IMG/VR virus record: IMGVR_UViG_2786546905_000002
Location: 1-64,000 of that record
Length of the DNA: 64,000 nt
Strand: one strand, 5' to 3'
DNA from: a virus
Taxonomy: Duplodnaviria; Caudoviricetes
Positions 42,201 through 50,800 of this stretch are shown one piece after another. Position 1 is the stretch's first letter. Each line of letters begins with the position of its first letter. Made by a program: the position numbers and the translations under genes. The notes under the pieces were generated by a model. It saw only the letters and a program-made list of their open reading frames with translations. It was not told where the DNA came from and did no database searches.

Positions 42201-44786
42201 TGTGATAACGGTTTGGTTGGTCCAGTCTTTGGAGCTGTATTGATAGCCTGCGATTAAAAGCTTCACAGATTCGTTAGCCGCGTAGTCGAAGATAGACACC
42301 TCGAACGACAACATATCGCTTTGGCCTTTAGTGATAGTTGGCAGTTTGATCTTGATTGCGCCGGTAGCCGATGAAGCGCCATTGTAAAGATAAGCACCAG
42401 CTGGGGCAGGAATGCGACCACCGTTGGCGTTATCTTTCAGATAAGGCGCATGGCCACTCGCCCATTGCGTATTACCCGTAACTACGTCGTCAGCGTCAGA
42501 ACGAATAAGCTGAGAGGCGCTTAACCCATCTAGTTTTGAAGCATTATCCGCTTTCGCATTTTTAGCTAGATAGTAGCTATCACCTTGAGCTTTTGTAATC
42601 TTGCTGGCTGCAAGGTTATAGGCTGACACCGCTTTGTCGTAGGCGACTTTTACCGCCTTTGGCGTTGCGGCCAATGTTTCACTGGTGGAGTTGACCGCCG
42701 TCAGTAGCTTGGTAGCACCATAAGCAGCTTTTGACGCAACAACATAGGTCCATTTTGAGTTGGCCTTGTTTAGTGCTTCGACGCCTTTATCGTGCGCAGC
42801 TTTTACAGCCTTTGAGCTGCCGACCGTAGAGCTTGATGATGATGTGACAGAATCCGAAATAGACGACTTTGCAACTTTAGTGTTAGCCGTGTTAATCGCC
42901 GCGATACCTTTATCATGCGCGGTCTTAACTGCTTTCGAACTGGCCACGGTTGTATTTGAACTTGATGTGACAGATTCAGAAATGACCGCTTTCGGGATCA
43001 TCGTATTGGCTTTGTTGAGCGCCTCGACGCCCTTATCATGCGCAATCTTAGCCGCTTTTGAGCTGGCAATATCTTCGCTCGAATCAGACGTAACCGAATC
43101 AGAAATATCGGCCTTGGCCACTTTAGTGCTGGCCAAGTTGTACGCTTGGTTTGCTCGGTCGTTCGCGGTCTTAACGGCTTTAGAGCTACCAACATTTGTT
43201 TGTGAATCAGACGTAACCGAATCAGAAATGACCGCTTTCGGGATCATCGTGTTGGCCTTGTTCAGCGCTTCGACGCCTTTGTTGTGCGCAATCTTAGCCG
43301 CTTTTGAACTGGCAACGTTTGTTTGTGAATCAGAGGTAACGGAGTCTGATACCTGAGTCTTGGCTACCTTTGTATTAGCAAGGTTGATCGCATCTACAGC
43401 TTTGTCGAATGCTGTTTTAATTGCCTTGGAACTACCAACGGTCGTTTTAGACGCCGACGTAACTGAGTCAGAGATAGACGTTTTGGCCACCTTGGTGTTA
43501 GCAAGGTTGATCGCTTCTACTGCTTTATCAAAAGCAATCTTAACGGCTTTAGAACTACCAACGGTCGTTTGTGAAGCTGAGTTGATAGCGTCAGAGATAG
43601 ACGTTTTAGCCACTTTGGTGTTAGCAAGGTTGATCGCCTCCACCCCTTTATCAAAGGCCGTCTTAACCCCTTTTGCGCTCGCGTAGATAATCTCAGATGG
43701 ATTATTGATAGCGCTTGTGATGTTACGGTTCCCCTCATGGAAAACCTTATGATTGGCCCATTTAAGCAGACCGTTACCATCACTGGTTAGAGAGAATGAT
43801 TTGCCGTCAGAACGGTTCAAAAATCGCAGTGCGCCAATGATGCCGGTGTTATCTGGGCGGTGGCCCTCGATATCGACATTTGAGTTTGCTTCGTCTGCAG
43901 ACTTAACCTTAAACGCACCAGTAAAGGTCCAAGCAGCTGTGACCGTTTGAGCCTTAGTTTTCGCCTTTTCCCACCATTGCTGAGTGCGAAGCGCGGTCAT
44001 GATCTTGTTGTTCGTCGATCCCGCCTCGGCGTCGGCTTGGGTGGCCGTTTCGTCGTTATGCCAGTATTTAGGGAACGGGTTATGCTCGGCTTTTAGGTTG
44101 TTGATAGCTCGCCAGAGCTGGGAAAGTTTAACGTGCTTAACTGCAGTGGATTTACCATCAATTTCAGCATTGTTCGCGGCGTTATCTTCGCGCTCGTACT
44201 GTTCGTGTGGATCTAGTTCGTCTTTGTGCGCGTCAAGGTCATAACCACCCGCTTTGCGATCTTCGTAATGGAAGTTAGACGGTTGCAGGCTTGTCGCACC
44301 ATCCGGTACCACGACTTTCGCTAAGATTAAGTGATGAGGCTTTACGTCGCCTTTTGGAAGCACTTTGACGCTGGCCGCATCGACCGTCGCATCTTTACTC
44401 ACCTGCTTGGTTTTCACGCCATGCTTATAGAACGCTTCAAGAACGACATAGGACGTAGCACCAGCTGGTACCGGTAAGACGATATCGTGCTGCTGTCTTA
44501 CCGTTAATAGGAAGTCTTCACGCTCGATGAGAGCAACACCAAAATCAACGGCTTTTCCATTTTGGCTTTGAGTGTTTTTGATCTTAACGTTTAGGCCTTG
44601 GTCTGGTAGACAGGCAAAACCACGATAGATACCGGCGCGAGCAACACCAAAGAACTTGCGGTTGATACTGGTCGATGATGCGATTTCAAGGTACTGAGTA
44701 TCTGTGATAAGAGGTAGTTGCTGGGTATCAGCAACACTCAAAGGCAAGATCACCGTTTCTTTAACTTGAGGGGTTTGGTCGCTCAT
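39210..44786 (-). CDS. S: Main tail fibre, P1 gpS-like, 1858 aa
   Basis: N-terminal baseplate-anchor domain, about nine tandem 41-aa stalk repeats, several variable modules; downstream of R. Confidence 0.92.
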   Translation of the reverse strand: MSDQTPQVKETVILPLSVADTQQLPLITDTQYLEIASSTSINRKFFGVARAGIYRGFACLPDQGLNVKIKNTQSQNGKAVDFGVALIEREDFLLTVRQQHDIVLPVPAGATSYVVLEAFYKHGVKTKQVSKDATVDAASVKVLPKGDVKPHHLILAKVVVPDGATSLQPSNFHYEDRKAGGYDLDAHKDELDPHEQYEREDNAANNAEIDGKSTAVKHVKLSQLWRAINNLKAEHNPFPKYWHNDETATQADAEAGSTNNKIMTALRTQQWWEKAKTKAQTVTAAWTFTGAFKVKSADEANSNVDIEGHRPDNTGIIGALRFLNRSDGKSFSLTSDGNGLLKWANHKVFHEGNRNITSAINNPSEIIYASAKGVKTAFDKGVEAINLANTKVAKTSISDAINSASQTTVGSSKAVKIAFDKAVEAINLANTKVAKTSISDSVTSASKTTVGSSKAIKTAFDKAVDAINLANTKVAKTQVSDSVTSDSQTNVASSKAAKIAHNKGVEALNKANTMIPKAVISDSVTSDSQTNVGSSKAVKTANDRANQAYNLASTKVAKADISDSVTSDSSEDIASSKAAKIAHDKGVEALNKANTMIPKAVISESVTSSSNTTVASSKAVKTAHDKGIAAINTANTKVAKSSISDSVTSSSSSTVGSSKAVKAAHDKGVEALNKANSKWTYVVASKAAYGATKLLTAVNSTSETLAATPKAVKVAYDKAVSAYNLAASKITKAQGDSYYLAKNAKADNASKLDGLSASQLIRSDADDVVTGNTQWASGHAPYLKDNANGGRIPAPAGAYLYNGASSATGAIKIKLPTITKGQSDMLSFEVSIFDYAANESVKLLIAGYQYSSKDWTNQTVITLTNSAGKDYRVRFGNDGTSHCLWIGELNSTWNHLQIGVFNVLVGYSADATKYAAGWTVSITSQFDTVQDTVSASLPAAQTATKLQSARTIALAGDATGSTTFDGSGNKTITVTVKDDSHNHVIGNIDGLSTELNNIKKAIDTKLGKTSTAVKAHDAHRLEAVDDRDVQPKTSGISARKAVKPFFVSSPTVGAGSGYSDLLLLDTYSDATGGKPNALAFSKTAKKIFHLQPDYDSTSWGVASAIYTEANKPNKNDVGLNHVVNAPQTSAVNDSSTTKYATAKGAKTAYDRGTEALNAANAKVAKSSISNSVSSTSTTTVASSKAVRDTYNRAVAAENNAKNHTNAEISKLLGGATQQDLDTIRELGEALKDNDSDIGAINTELGKKANKTTKVSVSGPLTGGGDLSANRVIGIKDATTGQKGAVQLTDSVGSTSQVLAATARAVKKAHDKGVEALNKANSKWTYVVASKTTYGATKLLTAINSTSETLAATPKAVKMAYDLAASKLSKSQGDSYYLGKTDRAADTSKISGHTLSRIVPFNSQSDFTHGTLIKTDLTSSEKNGPSFVMEITGKSYSGAPPFSVTAQGYLYNNGFMSVSALALSGEFTDKITMMNGSDGKLWFWFPRMGYWQSFSVMVWDANGKGQRINRVVDIVDSTKPTSSKKVDVSVAKAYSTHHKPTAAEVGAQPKHVKLDNFVKSFWDTNGNQDLLCRGKRALVGHSTLGLEINYGNDFGKITINGQTTFRNPVLNQSYIGRTAHAAGYMVGSYNNVGENSGKTNPIYTIGSNYQPSDTSLGNMYGIGYSHTNAGFLKAAKDAGCIGWGAYFASDGDARAYISAEKGRMWVSDCFIEGSQKLSAKYLGINDDAKQSKQLAVNSESVKTLQLTANAWKGLLNNSDFKGGSGVYQILIQYSSAGKGGNAYTQSYTGQFYWFAGGTNQVDLSEIPLHNMGHADNSEYIFLRTRTELGNKIDQKVEIMCNKSLSKAVPFTVKLAKIMG
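40804..42794. repeat. 59-bp identical direct repeats inside the fibre gene (40804-40862 and 42736-42794)
   Basis: GCAACAACATAGGTCCATTTTGAGTTGGCCTTGTTTAGTGCTTCGACGCCTTTATCGTG read twice, 1932 bp apart. Confidence 0.9.
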
Positions 44787-44788
44787 AA

Positions 44789-45250
44789 TTAACCCTCCAC
44801 AATCGCAGATTGCAGTGAGTCACTACGGGCGGTTTTGATGATGATCTCTAGAGAAACACCACGGTGTGAATACACCCATACCGGCTGAGTTACAGCAATG
44901 GCAACGTAATTGCCTTTCTGGTCTTTAATACCGACACAAGAAAATTGATGCTGTGCGCCATCAGGAAAGGTACCGGCTGGTAAGCTGGCCGTTACAACGA
45001 TATTCCCGTTAACGTAGGTGTAGTTGGCATCAGAGGTGTGAAAGATGCCTTGAATGCTTTGCTTATCGGTAGGGATTGGCTGACAACTTGGTTTACCGCC
45101 AATTTCTTCGATTAAATCATAGCCCCAGTCGATCTGGCCGAACTGGAAAAAAGCGCTGTAACCATTAGGCAGACTAGATAAGGCTCGCTCATCATAGTAT
45201 TTGTCTAATAGTTCAGATCTTTCTAAGACAATATTAGATTGTGATTGCAC
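44789..45250 (-). CDS. R: Tail fibre attachment/structure protein, P1 gpR-like
   Basis: LLDKYYDERALSS...F......WG...P.D; position between 16 and S. Confidence 0.75.
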   Translation of the reverse strand: MQSQSNIVLERSELLDKYYDERALSSLPNGYSAFFQFGQIDWGYDLIEEIGGKPSCQPIPTDKQSIQGIFHTSDANYTYVNGNIVVTASLPAGTFPDGAQHQFSCVGIKDQKGNYVAIAVTQPVWVYSHRGVSLEIIIKTARSDSLQSAIVEG

Positions 45251-45298
45251 TGCGTCACCTGTGAGGTTAGCGCAGCGTCTTGAGCTGGGGAGCTTTTT

Positions 45299-46141
45299 CT
45301 AATAGTACACTCTATCTAGAGCCAACGCATCAAGTGGAATGGCATCTAATCTAGGGCTGGTATAAACCGGTGTTACGGGTTTGTCTTCTGTGATTGGAAT
45401 TTTAGTTTGGGCCGTGGTTTTCTGGCTATCTGTTGAACATTCAACCTGTGTGATTGGTTCTATATAAGTCTTGGTCGATGTGCTTTGTTCTACCCATTCA
45501 ATCAGCTCGATGATATTAAGCTTGATGTAGTACACGTTACCGTCACAAGAGATACGCAGCGGGATAAGTGGATAGATTACTTGTCGAATACGCGCCTCAA
45601 AGGCTCGGATCTCTTCCTCACCAATGCCTCGCGAACCTGACTGAATCATGTTTACTGGGATGCGAATTACACCGCGACTTGTAAGGAAAAAGTCTTCACG
45701 CTTTAGATCGTGAAAGTCATCTAGTTTGTCTTCCTGAACAAACAAAGTGCCGTAAGGGTAACGATCTTGGTCGATAGGTGCATAGAGCCTAATCCACTCA
45801 ACATTCATCCCGTTAAACTCACGCGAGATTGTGGCCATGAGTGGGTAAACGGTTTTCTTAAAGTGAATTTCATCCCGACGCTGCATGATAACGTGAGGTA
45901 AATCCTCATCCGACACGTCACCCAAAGGGAAGATCTTGCGGAGCTCTTTGGTTTCTTCCAGTAGGTCGGTTTTGTTCATTTCATAAATGGAGCTGCGAGT
46001 TTTTAGCCGGTCGATGTAGGTTTCGACGTGGTTCTCCAGCACCTCACCAAATGCGAGCACAAAATCAGACCAGCTCTGCTCATTTTTTTTAGCGTTAGTA
46101 AGCTGGCCCTTAAGCCAGCTTTTGATTTTCGATTCAGACAT
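45299..46141 (-). CDS. 16: Baseplate wedge protein, P1 gp16-like
   Basis: WL...LT.AK...WS.F...QRRDEIHFK.T..PL; synteny bplA-16-R. Confidence 0.75.
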   Translation of the reverse strand: MSESKIKSWLKGQLTNAKKNEQSWSDFVLAFGEVLENHVETYIDRLKTRSSIYEMNKTDLLEETKELRKIFPLGDVSDEDLPHVIMQRRDEIHFKKTVYPLMATISREFNGMNVEWIRLYAPIDQDRYPYGTLFVQEDKLDDFHDLKREDFFLTSRGVIRIPVNMIQSGSRGIGEEEIRAFEARIRQVIYPLIPLRISCDGNVYYIKLNIIELIEWVEQSTSTKTYIEPITQVECSTDSQKTTAQTKIPITEDKPVTPVYTSPRLDAIPLDALALDRVYY

Positions 46142-46149
46142 GTTTTCCC

Positions 46150-47538
46150 TTAGTTGTAATTAAAACGAATAGTCGAGTTTTCTAGATCTAAAAATTGATA
46201 AGTGTCGACTGGAATCTCATTTACAAGGCCGATGCATTTCACTTCGAACTGCTCGATGCCAAGAGGGATTGATTCACTTTCAATCGATTTCCAGATCGTG
46301 TTTTTGTAGACCTGTTCGCTTTGCTTGGCGCTGCGACCAAAGCGTTTGGCCAACATGGCCGAAATGGCTTTTTCTACGTCCGTTGGGTTAATACCATTTA
46401 GCACCGAGCCGGTTACTTCGACCGTGTACTTGTGATCGCGTCGTGGCGAGAATATATAGTTCTCGTTGTAACCCTCACGCCCTTTGAATATTTCTAGGAT
46501 CTCAGCCTTAAGTGCATCGTCGGTTTTGATATCGGAATAAGCGGAAATAAAGATTGTGTTGATGTTCTTTAAGTCTGCCTTACCTGTCAGCTTCTCTTGG
46601 GCCTTTTCACCCCAAACAGACATCCACACGATACCGGCCACGTTGTTGGTAATGAACGTACTGTAATCGGCATCCCATGACAGCTGATCATCGTAAACGG
46701 TTGAGTAAAGCGCACTGTTGCGGATTGATTCGATATCTTCGCCACCAGCACCGCCGACAATGGCGGTTTTGGTTTTGACTTCAATCGGGATTTTCTGGCC
46801 ATCAAAGCCCTCGCTATCAATGAGCTCTAAAGGTTGGTCGTTAAGTAGTGTCGAATCGCCCACGGTAAGCCAAAGCTCGACCTCAATAACATCACCCTCT
46901 TTTGGTGCCTTGCCTGTAATGTTGTTACCAAATCGCACACCCAGCTGATCAGATGCCTTGTAATATTCCATGTAGGCTTTGGTTTCTGGACCACAGTTGC
47001 GGAACTTAAATGAGTGCTTCCAGAGCTCACCATTCACTCGAATCACCACGTTATGAATTTGCTCGGTAATATCATTAGGGAACAAGATCGATAACCAGTT
47101 TTTCTCATCAGTCACAACATGGCGCATCTTGGAGATTTCTAGTTGTTTGACTAAGTACTCGCGAGTTTCGTTTGCCTGCAGTTCGACACTATCCATGATG
47201 GTGTATCGCAGCTGGTTTGGTCCGAGGGCTTGAGTCAGCGCGGGTAATGTTTCTCGAAATGGTCCTGTATTTTTTAGGATGGCTGTACCACTGGATGGTG
47301 CAATTTTCCGACCTACATAACCTGCCCCCTCGGCACCGGCCAGAATGGAAGATCGGCGCGTGGCCAGTGTTAAAAATGACTCTTGGAGCGTTCGCTCGGA
47401 AGCTTGCGCGACACGCTCAATGATTTGAGCGACAAACAGAGCAATGTAAGCGACAAACTGAGAACCAATGAAGCGCTGCCACCAATCGGATTGCTTCAAT
47501 AGGTTTTCAAAGTCTTGTTTGATTTGCTCTTTATTCAT
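46150..47538 (-). CDS. bplA: Baseplate wedge (J-like) protein
   Basis: ESFLTLATRRSSILAGAE..GYV; GGAGGEDIESIR..A baseplate-J motif. Confidence 0.88.
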   Translation of the reverse strand: MNKEQIKQDFENLLKQSDWWQRFIGSQFVAYIALFVAQIIERVAQASERTLQESFLTLATRRSSILAGAEGAGYVGRKIAPSSGTAILKNTGPFRETLPALTQALGPNQLRYTIMDSVELQANETREYLVKQLEISKMRHVVTDEKNWLSILFPNDITEQIHNVVIRVNGELWKHSFKFRNCGPETKAYMEYYKASDQLGVRFGNNITGKAPKEGDVIEVELWLTVGDSTLLNDQPLELIDSEGFDGQKIPIEVKTKTAIVGGAGGEDIESIRNSALYSTVYDDQLSWDADYSTFITNNVAGIVWMSVWGEKAQEKLTGKADLKNINTIFISAYSDIKTDDALKAEILEIFKGREGYNENYIFSPRRDHKYTVEVTGSVLNGINPTDVEKAISAMLAKRFGRSAKQSEQVYKNTIWKSIESESIPLGIEQFEVKCIGLVNEIPVDTYQFLDLENSTIRFNYN

Positions 47539-47879
47539 AGTCGTGTTTCCTTTTTGATATCTTGCTGGCCAAGGATCCCCACTTGAATTGAGTAGGTATC
47601 TACTTCGTGAGGTTTGACTGAAATGTGTGTAATCACCGCGCTTGGAACATCCTCTGGCAGGTTCATTAAGATTGAGTTCTCAATGGCTGCGGCGGTATCG
47701 TCACAGATCGGTAAATGTTTATATTGCTTGAGCTTGTTACCCCATTGCGGAGCTCCCCAAATCTCCCCTTGGGGAGTGTCTAACCATTCCGCGACTCGAA
47801 CGGCTACGGCTTGGTCTTCCCCGTAGGTATTAACACCGTCAATGTTTAGATTGAGTAGGTAATCAATTTCTTGGCTCAT
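47535..47879 (-). CDS. pmgA: gp25/W-like baseplate (sheath initiator) protein
   Basis: EWL.TP.GE.WG.PQWGN.L gp25-like motif. Confidence 0.85.
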   Translation of the reverse strand: MSQEIDYLLNLNIDGVNTYGEDQAVAVRVAEWLDTPQGEIWGAPQWGNKLKQYKHLPICDDTAAAIENSILMNLPEDVPSAVITHISVKPHEVDTYSIQVGILGQQDIKKETRL

Positions 47880-47882
47880 CGG

Positions 47883-50800
47883 TTACTCCAAGTCAGCGCT
47901 TTGGCGCTGCAGTGAATGATCGTTAAAGTTGTTTGGAATAGCCCCCGTGCTCTTACTTGTTGATGCTGGAGTACTGTCTTTCGCTTTCACTGGACCGCCG
48001 TATCGGTAGATCTCTTTGGTGTTGGTACCACCAGCGGCCTTGCCGACCTCTTTGATGGCATCAAGAGACGCCTTATCGAGCGTGACCTCTTGCTTGCTGG
48101 ATTCACTTTTCAACTTCTCCGCGTCACGTTGTGCATAAATCTGGTTAACACTTTCGTTTTGGGCGATCTGATTAGTCGCCGTGGCCACGGTCTGGGTTGA
48201 GGTAGGCTGAGAAGCTTGCGCTACGTTCTTGGCTTGGCTCTGACGGCTTTGGCGCTCGATGAATGCCACACTGTTAGCCAGCTGGGTGTCTGCGCTGGTT
48301 TCAGTGTTATCACTGATAGATTTCATCGACTCCAGCTGTTTGGAGCGATCCACTTCGCTTGCTTCGGTCTGGGCCGTATTGCTTTGTGATTCCGTTGCTA
48401 GCTGGTTGGATTTTTCAATGGCTGTGCTAACACTCTCAAGCTGAGCGGCAGCTGCAGTGTGTGAAGCTTGGGTTACTTCATTGCTCATTACCGTGCGTTC
48501 ACTGATCGCCCCAATGCTTTCAAGTTGCTTGTCTACATTGCTTTGAGAGGCTTGAACCGTTGAGCTTTGTGATGTGCTCTGGCTTGCGCTTTCCAATGCT
48601 TTGCTTACGCTTTCTACTTGATTGTTTTCTGCAGAGGTTTGGCTCGCTTGGCTGGTGGATTGATCGCTGCTTCGCTCGATGAGCTGGCTATCGTTCTGCT
48701 TTGAAATTTGGCTGTCAGATTGGCTGTCGCTTTGCTGTGACGCCTTTTCAAGCGCGTTGCTAATGTGACTTACCTCATTTGCACTCGTCGCCTGTGAGGC
48801 CTCGCTGGTGCTGCTGGTTGCCTGTGTTGTTTCGTTGATGCCTTGAGCTCGAAGTTCAGAACGTTCGCGTGCTGATAACTGGCTTCGTGAGTCACTAGCT
48901 GTATGGCTCTCTTGTGTTCCAGTTTCGCTGCTACGTTCTTTCGCTTCGGTGGCCACATCACTTGAGCTCACAACATGCTGACGTTCTGCCGCTTCGATAG
49001 CATGGGTAGACTGGCGATCTCTCACTTGTTCAGTCGAGCTTTGATCACTTGACGCTTTCTCTTGCGCTTCGCTTACTAGTGACGACTGGCTACGTTCACT
49101 GCTTGAGCTTTGAACCTTATTACTTTGGCTTGATGCTTCGCTTTGAGTGGCTTGATGTGCGCTTTCGGAGACAGAAACCACCGAATCTATCTGGGAGTCA
49201 GACGCAACTTGTACAGCTTCGCTATGAGTACCGGTTTGATTGTTTTCGGAGCTTTCAGAGCGAGCGTTAACTTGCTCACTCTCTGTTGAGCTTTGCTCGC
49301 TGGTTTGCCCTGACTTATCCACGGTTGACGCGCTAGTACCATGAGTTGAAACAGACGACGCTTGGCTATCAACATGATCCGAGGCTGCAATCTCACTTAC
49401 TATGCTGACGCTTTCAGCTTGTGTTAAATCTTGAACCTGACTCGCTTCACTCGCGCTTGAGCTTTGTAATGAATCCAAGCCCGTGGTTGCCTCGATACGT
49501 TCGCTTTCTGCTGTTGTGTCGACACTGTTTGAATTGCGTTCATGCGTTGTGCCATCCGTCTTAGATGACTGCTCAGAGGCTTGAGAACTAGCCGAGGATG
49601 CTTGGCTATCTGTGGTTTCGCTTTGGCTTGCGCTTTCCAAAATAGAGGCGGTGCTGGCCAGTGGTGTATCGATATTGGTGTGCTCTGCTTGGCTGGTACC
49701 TTGCGAGATTTTAGTGTTGATATCTTCAAGCCTAGAGGCTGTCTCGATATCAACAAACCCACCATTGGCGAATGAGCTTTCGCTGTTCGCTTCTTGGATC
49801 TTCGCCACTTCCTCACGGCGTTTGATTTCAGCATCGACAACGGCCAGCTGTGCTTCTTTCTTGCTGCTCGATACAAGATCACCGCGCTCTGTTGCGACCT
49901 TGCCATCAATCGGCTGACCGATCTCGGAGGACACACTCTCGCGCTTCTCTTTTAGCTCTTTGTCGCGCTGCTCTTTAACGCTTTTAGCTTGGTTGTAAGA
50001 AATCCCCTCTTCATTGGCAATCGCCCATGTAGCCTGCATTTGACTGTAGGCGTCGTTTTTCCTTTGGTTCTCTTGTAGCGTGCGGCTAGATTGGCTATTA
50101 CCAGTATTCATTGCGCTGTTGTGAATAGCTTCGGCTTTGAATCGTGCCTCTTCCTGCTCACTAAACGTTTTGGCCACGCTATCCTGATCGCTTTGAGTGC
50201 TAACTTGCTGGCTGACTGCAGACGCACTTTGAGTGCTTTCATCAGTGGTTTGATTGGCGTTCGTCGTGCTTTCGGTTTTGCTGTCGCTTTCAGTGGATTC
50301 ACTCTCGCTATCATCACCGGCAAAGAATGAATAAATGCCCTTGGCCATATCACCAGAGGTAAAGCTCATTGCTTCTTGCGCACCCTCAATCCCCAGCGCT
50401 TCAAGGCCAGAGCCGATTAACCCAGCACCACCGCTAACAAGACCACCCATATCAAGGACCGACGCTAGAGCCATACTAGACTTTTGCCCTGTGGTAGCTT
50501 CTTCACCCTCTTTGAGATTGAATGTTTCACGCTGACGCTCAGTGTCAGTAAATCCACTAAATGCGTCATAGGCCATTAACGCTGGAGCGAGTAAAGGAAC
50601 GGCTTTTGCGGCTACACCACCAATCTTTGAAAGACCTTTAAACGCGGTACCGGCCATAGAGGTTCCTTTGGCCATTAGCGAGGATCCTTTGCCAGCTGCG
50701 CTACCTGCTACGTCACTCGCACCGGACAGAACCGAACGAATACGGCCACCTCTTCGGGTACCCTTGGCACCTTTACCTTTGCGACCTCTTCGACCTTTGC

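Noticed and set aside
31936-44786. Diversity-generating retroelement or shufflon acting on the fibres
   Set aside because: No reverse transcriptase, no adenine-specific TR/VR pair, no recombinase and no inverted crossover sites seen
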